This document shows positions 38,226 through 48,443 of a stretch of 64,000 nt of DNA, in pieces. The first letter of the stretch is position 1. Each line of letters starts with the position of its first letter. The stretch is from positions 1,728,001 through 1,792,000 of the forward strand of contig OY970323.1 of the NCBI GenBank assembly GCA_963716985.1, given 5' to 3'. This DNA is from an uncultured bacterium (GTDB lineage Bacteria > Chlamydiota > Chlamydiia > Chlamydiales > SM23-39). Both the position numbers and the translations under genes were made by a program. The notes beneath the pieces are model-generated. The model saw only the letters and a list, made by a program, of their open reading frames with translations, made no database searches and was not told the origin of the DNA.

Positions 38226-39560
38226 TTGTGGAATATAGCACAATTTCTTATAGTTCAAAATAGAACACATTCTTCTTTTTTGGCGATGCATCATTCTCTT
38301 TTAAACCAGATCCAGCAGGCTGCGGATCTTGCCCTAAAAAGCGCAACACTCGACGAGGGCGTCCGCCATCTTGCCACCGCTTTTTCTCTTTTTTCCGAAG
38401 AGGCCAAACGCTTAGAAAGCGGATATGAAAGACTGCAAGAGCGATTCAAAGAGGTGCGCGCAGAGCTTGAAAAAACCAACCTTACGCTGCGTCAAAAAAA
38501 CCTCGAGCTCCACACTCTGTCCGGATACTTGAACAACATCTTAAAAAACATTTCGCAGGGCATTCTTTTCATTGATAGCGAAGGGAGCATCACGACCTTT
38601 AACGAAGCCGCAGAATCGATTTTAGAAAAAAAAAGCGCATCCATTCTTTTCACCAATTTTTGGGACCATTTTGCCGATGATTTCTTCGGATTTTCCATCC
38701 GCCACGCCCTTGCCTTTGGCTTGTCGCAAAACCTTACCTACATCAACCTCTCTCTTCTCGAGGGACAGAAGAAAGAGGTCGAGGTTTCTGCAAGCTACGT
38801 TTACGATGCTCCCAAAAAATATCAGGGCATCATCCTTCTTTTTCGCGACGTGACCAAATTGCAAAAACTGCAAGCGATTGCCAATCGCAACGACCGCATG
38901 AAGGAGCTTGGAGAAATGGCCGCCTCCGTTGCCCATGAGGTACGCAATCCGCTCGGAGGAATTCGAGGATATGCCTCCCTTCTCTACCGCGATCTGGAGG
39001 CCTCTCCTCATCTGCAAGAGATGGCAAGCTTCATCATCGAGGGGACAAAAACGCTGGAAAGGCTCGTAAATAACGTATTACAATTCTCTCGCCCGATCCA
39101 TTTGCAATCCACCCTGATCGATCTTGGAAAATTCTTAAAAGAGATCTGCAAATTCATTAAAGTCGACCCCTCCTTTCCCGAAAACGTCACTATGAATTTG
39201 CATCTTTCGCCGGAACCACTATATGCTCCGATCGATAAGGAACTTTTGCAATCGGCTCTTTTAAATCTCTTCGTCAACGCTCTGCAAGCCATGGAGGATA
39301 AGGGAGGATCTTTGACCGTTTCTCTTTGGAAAAACAACGACTCTTCCGTCATCACCGTGGCTGATACAGGCAAGGGAATCGAGGCCAAAGATCTAGAAAA
39401 AATCTTCTCTCCCTTTTTTACGACAAAACAGACGGGAACCGGCCTCGGCCTATCGGAAGCCTATAAAATCATCCAGGCGCATCTAGGCCAGATCGACGTT
39501 CGATCAAAAATCGGAGCCGGCTCCACCTTTACCATTACTCTACCCTTAAAGAGATCGTAG
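38226..39560 (+). CDS. ctcB: PAS sensor histidine kinase (CtcB/AtoS)
   Basis: [11 protein letters not shown] box, N box, DTGKGI, FFTTK, GTGLGL. Confidence 0.9.
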   Translation: MWNIAQFLIVQNRTHSSFLAMHHSLLNQIQQAADLALKSATLDEGVRHLATAFSLFSEEAKRLESGYERLQERFKEVRAELEKTNLTLRQKNLELHTLSGYLNNILKNISQGILFIDSEGSITTFNEAAESILEKKSASILFTNFWDHFADDFFGFSIRHALAFGLSQNLTYINLSLLEGQKKEVEVSASYVYDAPKKYQGIILLFRDVTKLQKLQAIANRNDRMKELGEMAASVAHEVRNPLGGIRGYASLLYRDLEASPHLQEMASFIIEGTKTLERLVNNVLQFSRPIHLQSTLIDLGKFLKEICKFIKVDPSFPENVTMNLHLSPEPLYAPIDKELLQSALLNLFVNALQAMEDKGGSLTVSLWKNNDSSVITVADTGKGIEAKDLEKIFSPFFTTKQTGTGLGLSEAYKIIQAHLGQIDVRSKIGAGSTFTITLPLKRS

Positions 39561-39568
39561 GAAAAACC

Positions 39569-40915
39569 ATGTACATTCAAAAGATTCTCGTTGCAGATGA
39601 TGAACCGCTCATGAGAAACTTCTTAAAAGAAGTTCTCTTAAGACAAAAATTTACGGTTTTTCTTGCCGAAAATGGAAAAGAGGCCATTTCTCTTCTCGAA
39701 AAAGAGAGTTTTGATCTTGTCCTCACCGATATCAAAATGCCCGAAAAAACAGGCATCGATGTATTAAAATTTGCCAAAAGCCATACGCCCAATATCCTCG
39801 TCATCCTGATGACCGCATTCGGAAGCGTCGAGAATGCCGTAGAAGCTATGAAACTCGGCGCTTTCAACTATCTCATCAAGCCCTTTTCCCCGGAATCGAT
39901 CGAGACTTTGATCCAAAAAGCAGAAGAACAGCTCTTGCTCGCCGCAGAAAATCGCTACCTCAAGGAAAATCGAACCACCTCTCTGATTGCCGTATCGAAT
40001 CTAATGAAACAGCTCCTTTGCGATATTGAAAAAATTGCGAAGAGCAATGCCAGCGTCTTTATCAGCGGGGAGTCGGGAACGGGCAAAGAGGTGATTGCAC
40101 AAGCCATTCACGAGCTTTCACTCAGAAGCAAAAAACCCTTCATCAAAGTCAATTGCGCAGCCATTCCCGAATCGCTTCTCGAATCGGAATTTTTCGGCCA
40201 TGAAAAGGGATCTTTTACCGGTGCCAACGTGAGAAAAGAGGGGCGGTTTGAACTGGCAGACAACGGGACTCTTTTATTAGACGAAGTGACGGAAATCCCC
40301 GTTTCTTTGCAACCCAAACTTTTACGAGCGATTCAAGAACAGGAGTTTGAACGCGTAGGGGGTACGCGGAGCCTATCTGTCGACATTCGTTTCATTTCGA
40401 CAAGCAACCGCATGATGAAGCAAGCGATTGCCTCCAACCTCTTCCGCGAAGATCTTTTTTACCGCTTGAGCGTCATGCCGATCCATGTGCCCCCTCTGCG
40501 GGAGCGCCCCGAGGACATTCTGGCGCTTTCCCGGTATTTTTTAGATCGTTTCTGTCTGGAAAACCACAAACCCAAAAAAACGCTATCTCCGGACGCAGAA
40601 CAAAAACTGCTGGCCTACTCTTGGCCGGGAAACGTTCGAGAGCTTGCCAATATCATCGAGCGCACCGTCGTCATGGATTTTGCCCCCATCATTGCAAGCG
40701 AGCATCTCTACCTGGACGCCTCGCCTGCACAAACGCCGACTGTTTCTTTTTCCGGCATCTCTTTGGCCGAAATGGAAAAACGCCTCATCTTAGAAACGCT
40801 CCAAAAAGAAAAACAGAATCGCTCTAAAACCGCCAAAATTTTAGGAATTACCGTACGAACGCTGAGAAACAAGATCAAGGAATATAACGACTCTTCGCAA
40901 GGAAAACTCTTTTAA
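39569..40915 (+). CDS. ctcC: Sigma54-dependent response regulator (CtcC/AtoC)
   Basis: Receiver domain, GESGTGKE, GSFTGA, WPGNVREL, C-terminal HTH. Confidence 0.93.
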   Translation: MYIQKILVADDEPLMRNFLKEVLLRQKFTVFLAENGKEAISLLEKESFDLVLTDIKMPEKTGIDVLKFAKSHTPNILVILMTAFGSVENAVEAMKLGAFNYLIKPFSPESIETLIQKAEEQLLLAAENRYLKENRTTSLIAVSNLMKQLLCDIEKIAKSNASVFISGESGTGKEVIAQAIHELSLRSKKPFIKVNCAAIPESLLESEFFGHEKGSFTGANVRKEGRFELADNGTLLLDEVTEIPVSLQPKLLRAIQEQEFERVGGTRSLSVDIRFISTSNRMMKQAIASNLFREDLFYRLSVMPIHVPPLRERPEDILALSRYFLDRFCLENHKPKKTLSPDAEQKLLAYSWPGNVRELANIIERTVVMDFAPIIASEHLYLDASPAQTPTVSFSGISLAEMEKRLILETLQKEKQNRSKTAKILGITVRTLRNKIKEYNDSSQGKLF

Positions 40916-41544
40916 CCGCTTCTTCTCAATCTCTTGGACTGATAATCGATGAGTATCTCTTCCATCGGTTCAATATCTCTTGTCGTTTCATATCCAAAAT
41001 AATAAAAGCCGTTATGCTCTACCCATCGAGTCTGCACGTTAGCGCACTGTCCAAGACCGTGAAAATCATTCACAAAGGTCAGCTCATTTGCGATCCTGCC
41101 CGAGTAGATATAGATCCAGACATGATTGAATAAAAGATGCCAACAATAGACCCCTGTCTGCTTGGAAACGGAGTGCTCGATCCCTTTTTTTGTTAAAAAA
41201 ACCTCTCCCACATATTCCCCAAGGAAGGTTTTTTTCAAAATACTTTCTTTCGCAAACACTCCATGTTGCGCATGCCCTTCAAAGACATCTTGTCCCGCAA
41301 GAGGATGGGGCAATGGCCCGTTATAAACAAACTCCCGCGTGATTTTTTGAATCAAGAGGGACGGATGCACGCTCTTTGTTTCTCTTTGAAAAGATGTCTT
41401 TGGAATCCTCTCAGAGTTTTTTGCCTTTAAATACTCCTGAAAAAACCGTTCATTCGCATCCCTGCAGATGCAAGTCTTAGAGTATTGAAATGCTTGTGGC
41501 CAATTTTCTGGCAACATAGGATGCAGAGTCCGTGGTTCTCCCAA
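40912..41544 (-). CDS. SET-domain protein
   Basis: GVFAKE.I...TFLGEYVGE, TFVND, TRDIEPMEEILIDY. Confidence 0.8.
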   Translation of the reverse strand: MGEPRTLHPMLPENWPQAFQYSKTCICRDANERFFQEYLKAKNSERIPKTSFQRETKSVHPSLLIQKITREFVYNGPLPHPLAGQDVFEGHAQHGVFAKESILKKTFLGEYVGEVFLTKKGIEHSVSKQTGVYCWHLLFNHVWIYIYSGRIANELTFVNDFHGLGQCANVQTRWVEHNGFYYFGYETTRDIEPMEEILIDYQSKRLRRSG

Positions 41545-41624
41545 TACATTTCTCTAATACCCCGGGCGGTTTTCATCAAATAAAATTTTATTGTGAAGCG
41601 AATGCGAACTCTCTCGTTGTGAAT

Positions 41625-41985
41625 CTAAGTCTTTTCATAACGAGCAATCCGACGTTGCATCAATCTAATTCCTGTCATGTAAATCATCGATTCACTGGTG
41701 ATCGCGCGATATCCATAATCTTTGCTTGCCTACGTATCGGTTAATCCTAAAAACGGCAGTTGAACCGCTCCGCATGACCTGAAAATTGTAAATTTCTCTC
41801 TCAGAAATAAATTCTATCTTGAACTTTCACGCCCACCCAATAGGTGAGTGGATAAATTTGAGCAATAACATTGATTTTTAGAGGAGAATCGCGAAAGTTT
41901 TGATTGTGCGGAGCGGTTCAACTGCCGTTTTTAGGTTAATCCAGGCAATTGAGCGTTCCACTACCCACTTTCGAGGAATCACTTC
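41625..41985 (-). pseudogene. IS5-family transposase C-terminal remnant interrupted by a MITE
   Basis: VIPRKWVVERSIAWI|NRY...KDY...TSESMIY...IRLMQRRIA. Confidence 0.75.
41746..41935. mobile_element. MITE, 190 bp
   Basis: Perfect 29-bp TIR CCTAAAAACGGCAGTTGAACCGCTCCGCA; TTAAT duplicated on both sides. Confidence 0.88.
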
Positions 41986-42231
41986 ACAATTTACAAGTCG
42001 ACAATTTACTGAGAGGCTATGGAGAAGCATAAATTTGTGTTGCAGAAATTGGTGGCGATACACAAAAATTTACATCCAGGTTTTGCTACGGGTTTTAATC
42101 AAAATAGATTTCAAAAGGCTGGTGTACATGACAACTTTAAATGCCACCGAGCTTGCCACCCAACTCTCAACGCTTGCTGACTTTAAAAAACTCAGAAAAG
42201 ATCAACCACTGGCAAACGGCAAAGGTCACAA

Positions 42232-44283
42232 ATGGTCCTTGGAGCTGCAGAAATTGTGCGATGGCTTGAAACAGCTGGAAAAAAAATTGCTGCCGGCGAT
42301 ATCGTTCCGCGCCCATTTCTCGAAAGAATAGAACAAAGGGTTGAGCGACTTACTCGCAAACAATGCTCTCGCGAGGATCTTAAAAAAATTGTCCAAGTGC
42401 AAGAGATTGCATCTGGACTTCTTTCTCCCAGTCTTCCTAGGTTATCTTTTCAAACCAACACCTCCCTTCCTCAAGAGCCACTATTTCCTACCTTTCGATC
42501 CGGATGGGTATCCTGGCTCGCGCAAGGACTCCTCTTTCAAGGGATGATCTCGAACAAACTCACATTGCTTCTTTCTCCACCCCCTTCCAATAAATCCACC
42601 AAAGCTATCGTGGCACCTAGGGTCACGCAAAGCACAGAAGGGTTTTTAATACCAACACAAACCAAACATTTTCTCCCACCTCTCTCAGCCAGCGCAAAAG
42701 CGACACTCTCAAGTCCATTGTCGTCAAAATCCACAGAGAAGCAACCAAAAGCTACCCCTGCAACGACTTCGCTTTTTCAGCCAGTATATGATTTCTTCAA
42801 CTGGATTCGAGGAGTTCCTGCTCTCAGGAACAGAAATCGTCTTGTCAATGATTGTCCCGACCTACACAGAAATCAACTTGATTTCATGGAAGAGGAGGCG
42901 CTTAAGCTCGATTCTTCGTGGAAGAGTGGGGGAGTAGATTTTTCGAGTGCTCAAGAATGGTTGCGATTTCGGGAAGATGATAGACGCAGCAAGTTGCTTT
43001 ATGTTGTCGCGAAATATGACCCGAGCAGGGGGTTATTCCCAGGAAACCAGAGTCAATTATTGCTACCCTTAAGCAAGGCTTACGATATAAAATATGTTGT
43101 TGTTCGAAAGTTCGGAGAAATTTGCAACGAAATCGACCCAGCAAGTCAAACCGGGAAAGTAGCTCATCTCATTATTGACGGACATGGTGACCAAAAGCAC
43201 ATTTATCTTGATTTTCACACAGGTTTTTTTACTCTCAACAACTGGGATCTCATTTCTCGGAAGTCAAGCTTTTCAGAATGTTTTTCTAGAATAGCCCCTG
43301 AAGGGAAAATACTTCTTCTTAGCTGCAATGCAGGCAAATCTCAAAACGGTGATCCTTATAACAACATTGCTTCCACGATTGCAATCAAAACGATGCGAAC
43401 TGTGATTGCTTCTACTGATTTGGTGTACGGAAGTCGGGTTAGTGTCTCATCCACTCAAGAACTAAACTTGGATCATGATAATTATAATCCTTTTTATTTT
43501 TGGGGAAATTATCCAGTAGTTACCGCATATGGACCGATGAATGCCCATTTCCGATCTTTTTATCCTCAATATCCTGGTTGTGACGATGTGTCTGAGAATC
43601 AGCTCCATCCACAGGAGCGCTTGGTTCTTAAGTCTGTCCAAGGCGAACTCGTTAGAAGAGGCTTTTTATGGGAATCTTCTTCTTTACGAGATGTGCAGGA
43701 TTATTTTCGCTTTTGCAATGCTGATCCCAAACGAAAATTGCTTTATCTTCATGCGCCTTTTGAGTTTAGCAAAAGACCTCAACCGAGCCATATCTCTTCT
43801 TTTTTGGTCCAGCTTGCTGACAAGTTTGATTTGAGATTTAAGTTAGTGCAGGAAGAGCGAGAAATTTGCGATGAAGTCAGACAAGCTGTAAAGACCCAAA
43901 ACTTAGCAGCAGTTTTGATTCATTCTCCCGGCAATCCTGACAAACTAAGTTTGCCAGAAAACCCTTTAAGTAGGTGGCGAAAAGCTTACGAAACCATCTT
44001 TGGCGGATCTGAAACTTTTCCTGATTGCCTTGCCGAAATTCCATCTTCTGCCTACATCATCCTTGTAGGTGGATCTACGGGAGCAGACCCAAGCGAAGAG
44101 TTTACAGAAAATCTAGCAACACAAATTGCCCGTAAAGTGCAAAGAACAGTCATTGCTCCCACATCTCTTACTGATGCAAGCAAGCTCACGCTAAGATCCC
44201 ACGACCCTATAGAAATTTATCATCCTTCTATAGGACATTTATTTGATTCGGATACAAACATCTTTAGAAGATTTGATCCCTAA
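42232..44283 (+). CDS. Hypothetical protein with two caspase/CHAT-like repeats; possible frameshifted N-terminus from ATG 42128
   Basis: Repeat 1 IIDGHG...LLSCNAG; repeat 2 LIHSPG...LVGGSTG; both end in N.A..IA....RTVIA. Confidence 0.65.
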   Translation: MVLGAAEIVRWLETAGKKIAAGDIVPRPFLERIEQRVERLTRKQCSREDLKKIVQVQEIASGLLSPSLPRLSFQTNTSLPQEPLFPTFRSGWVSWLAQGLLFQGMISNKLTLLLSPPPSNKSTKAIVAPRVTQSTEGFLIPTQTKHFLPPLSASAKATLSSPLSSKSTEKQPKATPATTSLFQPVYDFFNWIRGVPALRNRNRLVNDCPDLHRNQLDFMEEEALKLDSSWKSGGVDFSSAQEWLRFREDDRRSKLLYVVAKYDPSRGLFPGNQSQLLLPLSKAYDIKYVVVRKFGEICNEIDPASQTGKVAHLIIDGHGDQKHIYLDFHTGFFTLNNWDLISRKSSFSECFSRIAPEGKILLLSCNAGKSQNGDPYNNIASTIAIKTMRTVIASTDLVYGSRVSVSSTQELNLDHDNYNPFYFWGNYPVVTAYGPMNAHFRSFYPQYPGCDDVSENQLHPQERLVLKSVQGELVRRGFLWESSSLRDVQDYFRFCNADPKRKLLYLHAPFEFSKRPQPSHISSFLVQLADKFDLRFKLVQEEREICDEVRQAVKTQNLAAVLIHSPGNPDKLSLPENPLSRWRKAYETIFGGSETFPDCLAEIPSSAYIILVGGSTGADPSEEFTENLATQIARKVQRTVIAPTSLTDASKLTLRSHDPIEIYHPSIGHLFDSDTNIFRRFDP

Positions 44284-44346
44284 AGGAAAAGGAATGAACC
44301 CATGTCTCTCAAAAAAATTTTTCTTTCAGTAGAAAGATACAACTTC

Positions 44347-46314
44347 GGGCTATTCGTTTAATTTCGTCCAGTTGGTAGCTTAAGCCGCCTGCTTTTCCAT
44401 GCCATTTTTTGCCCGTCTCTTGTGATTTTTTCTGGGTCTCGGCAATTCCACCTTATCTAATAACCATGTGAACAGATCTCGAGGTTTTTGTTCGAAAAAC
44501 CTTTCTGCCGCAGTAGTGCCATCCGCTCGTCGTATAAAAAAATTGTGCAACACTGTTAAGACCGTGAGTGTATGTGCAGTCAATCGCCGAAATGCATGGA
44601 ATTTTAATGACAACTGGCCATTTCTACCCTCCACACATGAGCTCGATCGTTGAAAAATTTGGGCGCATTCCAAGGCTCTACGCCACCATTCTACCTGCAT
44701 AGAGCAATTTATTCCGCCCCATAACAGATTCTGTTTGAGGCCTTCTTCCAATTTGCGTAAAGTTGTCTTTATCGCTTCTTTTCGGACCTTCTTTTTAGTT
44801 CTTTGCAAACAGAGCTTTAAGTACTCTATCGCAACAAGCTTCTCGAATAACTGCCCATGCCACTCATCTAGTCCCATAGACTTGATTTGGACTGCAAGGA
44901 AGGAAAAGAAAAAACACAGCACGGCAATCATAGAGAGCAGCGATCCCTTGGATTTTTCCAGTTTTTTCTTTTGCTTGTCTGTGCAATCAGCCTCTTTGGC
45001 TACAGTTTCAAGCGTCTCGTAGGCAGTCTCAATCTTCGCTTTAACCTCCTCTGGAGCCTGCTTATCTCCTGTATCTAAACTGAAGGGATGATAAGCATGA
45101 GTGATGGCTCGTCTTGCTTCCTGAGCCATTCTATACTGCTTTTCGGTTGCCTCTATTTTCTTGCGATTCGCTTTTTCCTCTTTTTCTATTTCAAGAAGCC
45201 GATTTCCCACATTTATCCCTCTCTTAGATAGCTCTTCAACCCCACCTGCACGTTTCAACTGATCTCCAAATTTATTCAACGCTTCAAGTTTTTCTTTTTG
45301 CAAATCCTCTTGTTGCTTCTTCACTTGCTGGACAGTTCTTGCCAAGTGGCTTGTAAGTCCCTTGGTGATCTCTTGTTGGACATGAAAAAGATCCGAGCCC
45401 TTTATGACGTTCAGTGAATGGGTGGCAAGTTTTTTGAGTCCTGATGCCTCATCTCCCACTAACTGATATAAAGTGACATTCAATCCCTTGAGAGCAGATT
45501 GCGTGACCTTATGCCAGGTCTCAGCATCTCTTTGTTCTTCAAGCTGCTCTGCTAAAATATAGCCAGAGATCGGCTCCATCAAGATGAGAGTCATATCATC
45601 CATTATAAAGTTTTCATCAAGAGCTCCTGGGATGTTTTTATGTGGCATTTGTTTTGCAAGCCTTTCGAACTCTTCCTTCCCAAATACTGCCACCTGTTGG
45701 CCGAGCGTCTTGCAAACCTTCTGCAATGCAGACTCAGAGGTCCCTACAAATGTGTTTATATCAACTCTTTCAAAAAAATCATGGAGCTCTGGAATACCGC
45801 TATTTCCATTCAGATGGAAATGCATACAAGTGGCTAAAACCATATTATGCAACCAGGTTTGTCCGGAGGGAGATTCGAAAAAATGTACGACAGCCGGATC
45901 TCGCCTTCCATTAAGTGCTTTCTTCCGATCGATCCAGTGTTGCAAGGAAGTTCTGGGAATGTTATATTTTTTAGCTAGATTGCGCTGAGATAGGCCTCTT
46001 GCTTCATCTATAACCTTAGCCTGCGTGGATCGACCGATGATGCAATATTTTCTGGGCTTTTTTGCTTCCGTTTGACATGCTGTTTCCATAAGGCTTGCTC
46101 TTTCTTTATTTTTTTGTCCAAAAAAATTTTACTGAGCAAGTCCTTTTTATTTAAATATTTAAATGTCAGTTTCTGGAGAAATCAAGCTTGTGGGGAATCT
46201 CGGCAGAATCCTAGATAGCGTTCAACAGAAAAGAATCCCAAGAGACGGGCAAAAAATAGCATGGAAAAGCAAGCGGCTTAAGCTACCAACTGGACGAAAT
46301 TAAACGAATAGCCC
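44347..46314 (-). mobile_element. IS with long TIRs encoding a DUF6399-type transposase
   Basis: 76-bp TIR (74/76): 44347-44422 vs 46239-46314; TSD AACTTC (or CAACTTCG if the ends are 1 bp shorter). Confidence 0.9.
44380..46089 (-). CDS. Transposase (DUF6399 family)
   Basis: HTH; DENF, VGDEA, SDLFHVQ, FQRSSSCVEGRNGQLS, DGTTAAERFF. Confidence 0.82.
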   Translation of the reverse strand: METACQTEAKKPRKYCIIGRSTQAKVIDEARGLSQRNLAKKYNIPRTSLQHWIDRKKALNGRRDPAVVHFFESPSGQTWLHNMVLATCMHFHLNGNSGIPELHDFFERVDINTFVGTSESALQKVCKTLGQQVAVFGKEEFERLAKQMPHKNIPGALDENFIMDDMTLILMEPISGYILAEQLEEQRDAETWHKVTQSALKGLNVTLYQLVGDEASGLKKLATHSLNVIKGSDLFHVQQEITKGLTSHLARTVQQVKKQQEDLQKEKLEALNKFGDQLKRAGGVEELSKRGINVGNRLLEIEKEEKANRKKIEATEKQYRMAQEARRAITHAYHPFSLDTGDKQAPEEVKAKIETAYETLETVAKEADCTDKQKKKLEKSKGSLLSMIAVLCFFFSFLAVQIKSMGLDEWHGQLFEKLVAIEYLKLCLQRTKKKVRKEAIKTTLRKLEEGLKQNLLWGGINCSMQVEWWRRALECAQIFQRSSSCVEGRNGQLSLKFHAFRRLTAHTLTVLTVLHNFFIRRADGTTAAERFFEQKPRDLFTWLLDKVELPRPRKNHKRRAKNGMEKQAA

Positions 46315-46320
46315 AACTTC

Positions 46321-47022
46321 GTGGATCAAAATTTTTCTGAAAACAAAAAAGAAGTTTTGCTTCATGCGTTCATTGCAACCATCAGCATTGTAGCTCTAGG
46401 CATCTTAGTAAGCTATCCTATCACCCTCGCAACAGGCTTATCTATAGGATTGCTTTCTATTTGCGCTGTTTCTTCTAGTGTTTTCCTTGCGACCAAACTG
46501 TTGCAAAATCCTCCTTCGCCGAAAAGTTTTCTTTTCAAACCAGCTAGTAAGATAAAAGCTTGGATTAAAAACCATCCATATCTCTTCCTCTCCTCAGTAA
46601 TATTCTCTGCAGCAATTCTGGTCACAGTGACTTACCAAGTCTTCGGAAAAGATAGCCGGCCATTGCTAGACAATTGCTTTCCTGAAGGTAAGAGAGTAGC
46701 AGGGTTGAAAAAAGCAATCTTTGATCTCCACAGAATGATCAATTGGTTCGAAAGAAGAACTTGTATTTTATTCTTCGATCCACCTAGACCTCCTTTTGAA
46801 GAACAGATCGGACCAATTAATAACTCCTCTTCCTTAGCTCAAAATCAAAAGTTTTATGATAGTATAACTTATTCTAATGCCAAGACCATTGTCGATCACT
46901 TTCAGCAACAGATTGGCTGGCATACACAACGCACATGCATTCGCATTCTAAATCCTATAGGAGAAGATTTTAATTATATCGAGAAGTTAAAAGAAATCGC
47001 CAAAGTCACCTTCTGTAGGTAA
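46321..47022 (+). CDS. Inc-like membrane protein, 5' end (44302-44346) separated by the IS
   Basis: Bilobed hydrophobic stretch; MSLKKIFLSVERYNF joins in frame to VDQNF across the TSD. Confidence 0.65.
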   Translation: MDQNFSENKKEVLLHAFIATISIVALGILVSYPITLATGLSIGLLSICAVSSSVFLATKLLQNPPSPKSFLFKPASKIKAWIKNHPYLFLSSVIFSAAILVTVTYQVFGKDSRPLLDNCFPEGKRVAGLKKAIFDLHRMINWFERRTCILFFDPPRPPFEEQIGPINNSSSLAQNQKFYDSITYSNAKTIVDHFQQQIGWHTQRTCIRILNPIGEDFNYIEKLKEIAKVTFCR

Positions 47023-47373
47023 CAAGGAGGTAGCAAAGAAATGTTTCCTTCAATTTGAGATTTAACATCGAACACCCAGAGATATTAACATTTTTTACCA
47101 CAAACCACTGTAAATCAATCAACTGACAACCTGTCAGAAAACAGCTATTTTAACAATAACTCTTTCAGGAAATTAACTTTATGCAATTTTTTCTCTACGT
47201 TTGAGAGCATCAGAATTCCAGGGCGATTGCACGATAAATTTCTTGACTCGGTCTTCTCAAAGACGATTCGCCAAAAACCAGAGATGGTAAGCACTTACTT
47301 TCAGAACTGCTAAATCGGGGGAGTTCTCTATGAAAAGTCCTGTCAAGAAATTGATCATGAACTTTAATAAAAG

Positions 47374-48372
47374 TTAAATCATTTGACGCAATTTTAAAAC
47401 TGACACTGTATTGTTCACTAGATGAAGGGTCGTTGAAGCCCAAAGATCTCCGGTTGTTTCTTTTAGAATCGACATAATCATCCCCATAAGAGTAATGACC
47501 AGCATAACCGGTACATTTGTCCACGCCATCGCAGGAGATAAATGGACAACACCAAAAATCAATGAAACTTTCAAAATTGTTTTTATTTTTTCCCGACTCA
47601 AAGAACCTGGATGACCCGCTTTTATTTCTGCCAATGATTTTTGAGTTTTGAAGCACTTTTCATATAATCTACCTATAAAACCTTTCTTAAGACTTGCTTT
47701 TTCTTGCGCATGTTCTTGTGCTGTAACCTCAAAATAATTATGAAGACAACCTCTAAATATGTATTCTTCGATGATAGGAGCTCCAACTGCGCCATAGAGA
47801 CTCATAAGGAGGCCGATTATGCTATTATCTTTCATCAAAGTAACAACACTTTGTTCTTCAGTTATGGAAATGTTGAAATATTTTTTCAAGACAGAAGATA
47901 TCTCATTTTCTATTAGAGGCTCTAAGCGACCAAAAATTAAGAAAACGACAACTCCCATTAATATTTTAAAACTCACTTTAATTATGGAGTCTATAGGAAA
48001 GGTTTCGTTTCGACTTGGAAGGGCTTTTTTTTCGAGCAATTTTCTTACACCACTTTCCATGGCTTTCAGAAAAACAATACCTGCAAGAACTTGAAAAATT
48101 ATTTCAGAGATCCCGAATGAAAAAAATACCGCAGCAGAAAATAAGGTCATTATTGAGAGATTGATGAGATTTTTTTTGGAAAAAAAATCTTCAAAAACAC
48201 TGCTTATTAGATTTTTGGAAAAATTGGCTGTGCAAATAAAAGGAGCTATAACCGCTTCTTTAATTTTTTCAATAGTAGACAATTCCGCTTCCGGACGAGA
48301 AAATGGATTGATGCCGTGAATAAATTTTGAAATCGAAAATGTAATCATCATGTTCTTTTGCCTTTTTTTCAA
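47374..48372 (-). CDS. CPBP/CAAX (Abi) intramembrane metalloprotease
   Basis: APIIEEYIFRG, SLIFGVVH, LHLVNN. Confidence 0.88.
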   Translation of the reverse strand: MKKRQKNMMITFSISKFIHGINPFSRPEAELSTIEKIKEAVIAPFICTANFSKNLISSVFEDFFSKKNLINLSIMTLFSAAVFFSFGISEIIFQVLAGIVFLKAMESGVRKLLEKKALPSRNETFPIDSIIKVSFKILMGVVVFLIFGRLEPLIENEISSVLKKYFNISITEEQSVVTLMKDNSIIGLLMSLYGAVGAPIIEEYIFRGCLHNYFEVTAQEHAQEKASLKKGFIGRLYEKCFKTQKSLAEIKAGHPGSLSREKIKTILKVSLIFGVVHLSPAMAWTNVPVMLVITLMGMIMSILKETTGDLWASTTLHLVNNTVSVLKLRQMI

Positions 48373-48443
48373 ATGAAAAAATAATAAAAAATCAAATAGA
48401 AGTCCAGGTCAAAAGCCGCATTCCCGCCCCTATTGAATGATCT

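Noticed and set aside
47100..47165. Possible IS end (TTTTAACAATAACTC)
   Set aside because: No partner repeat or transposase found
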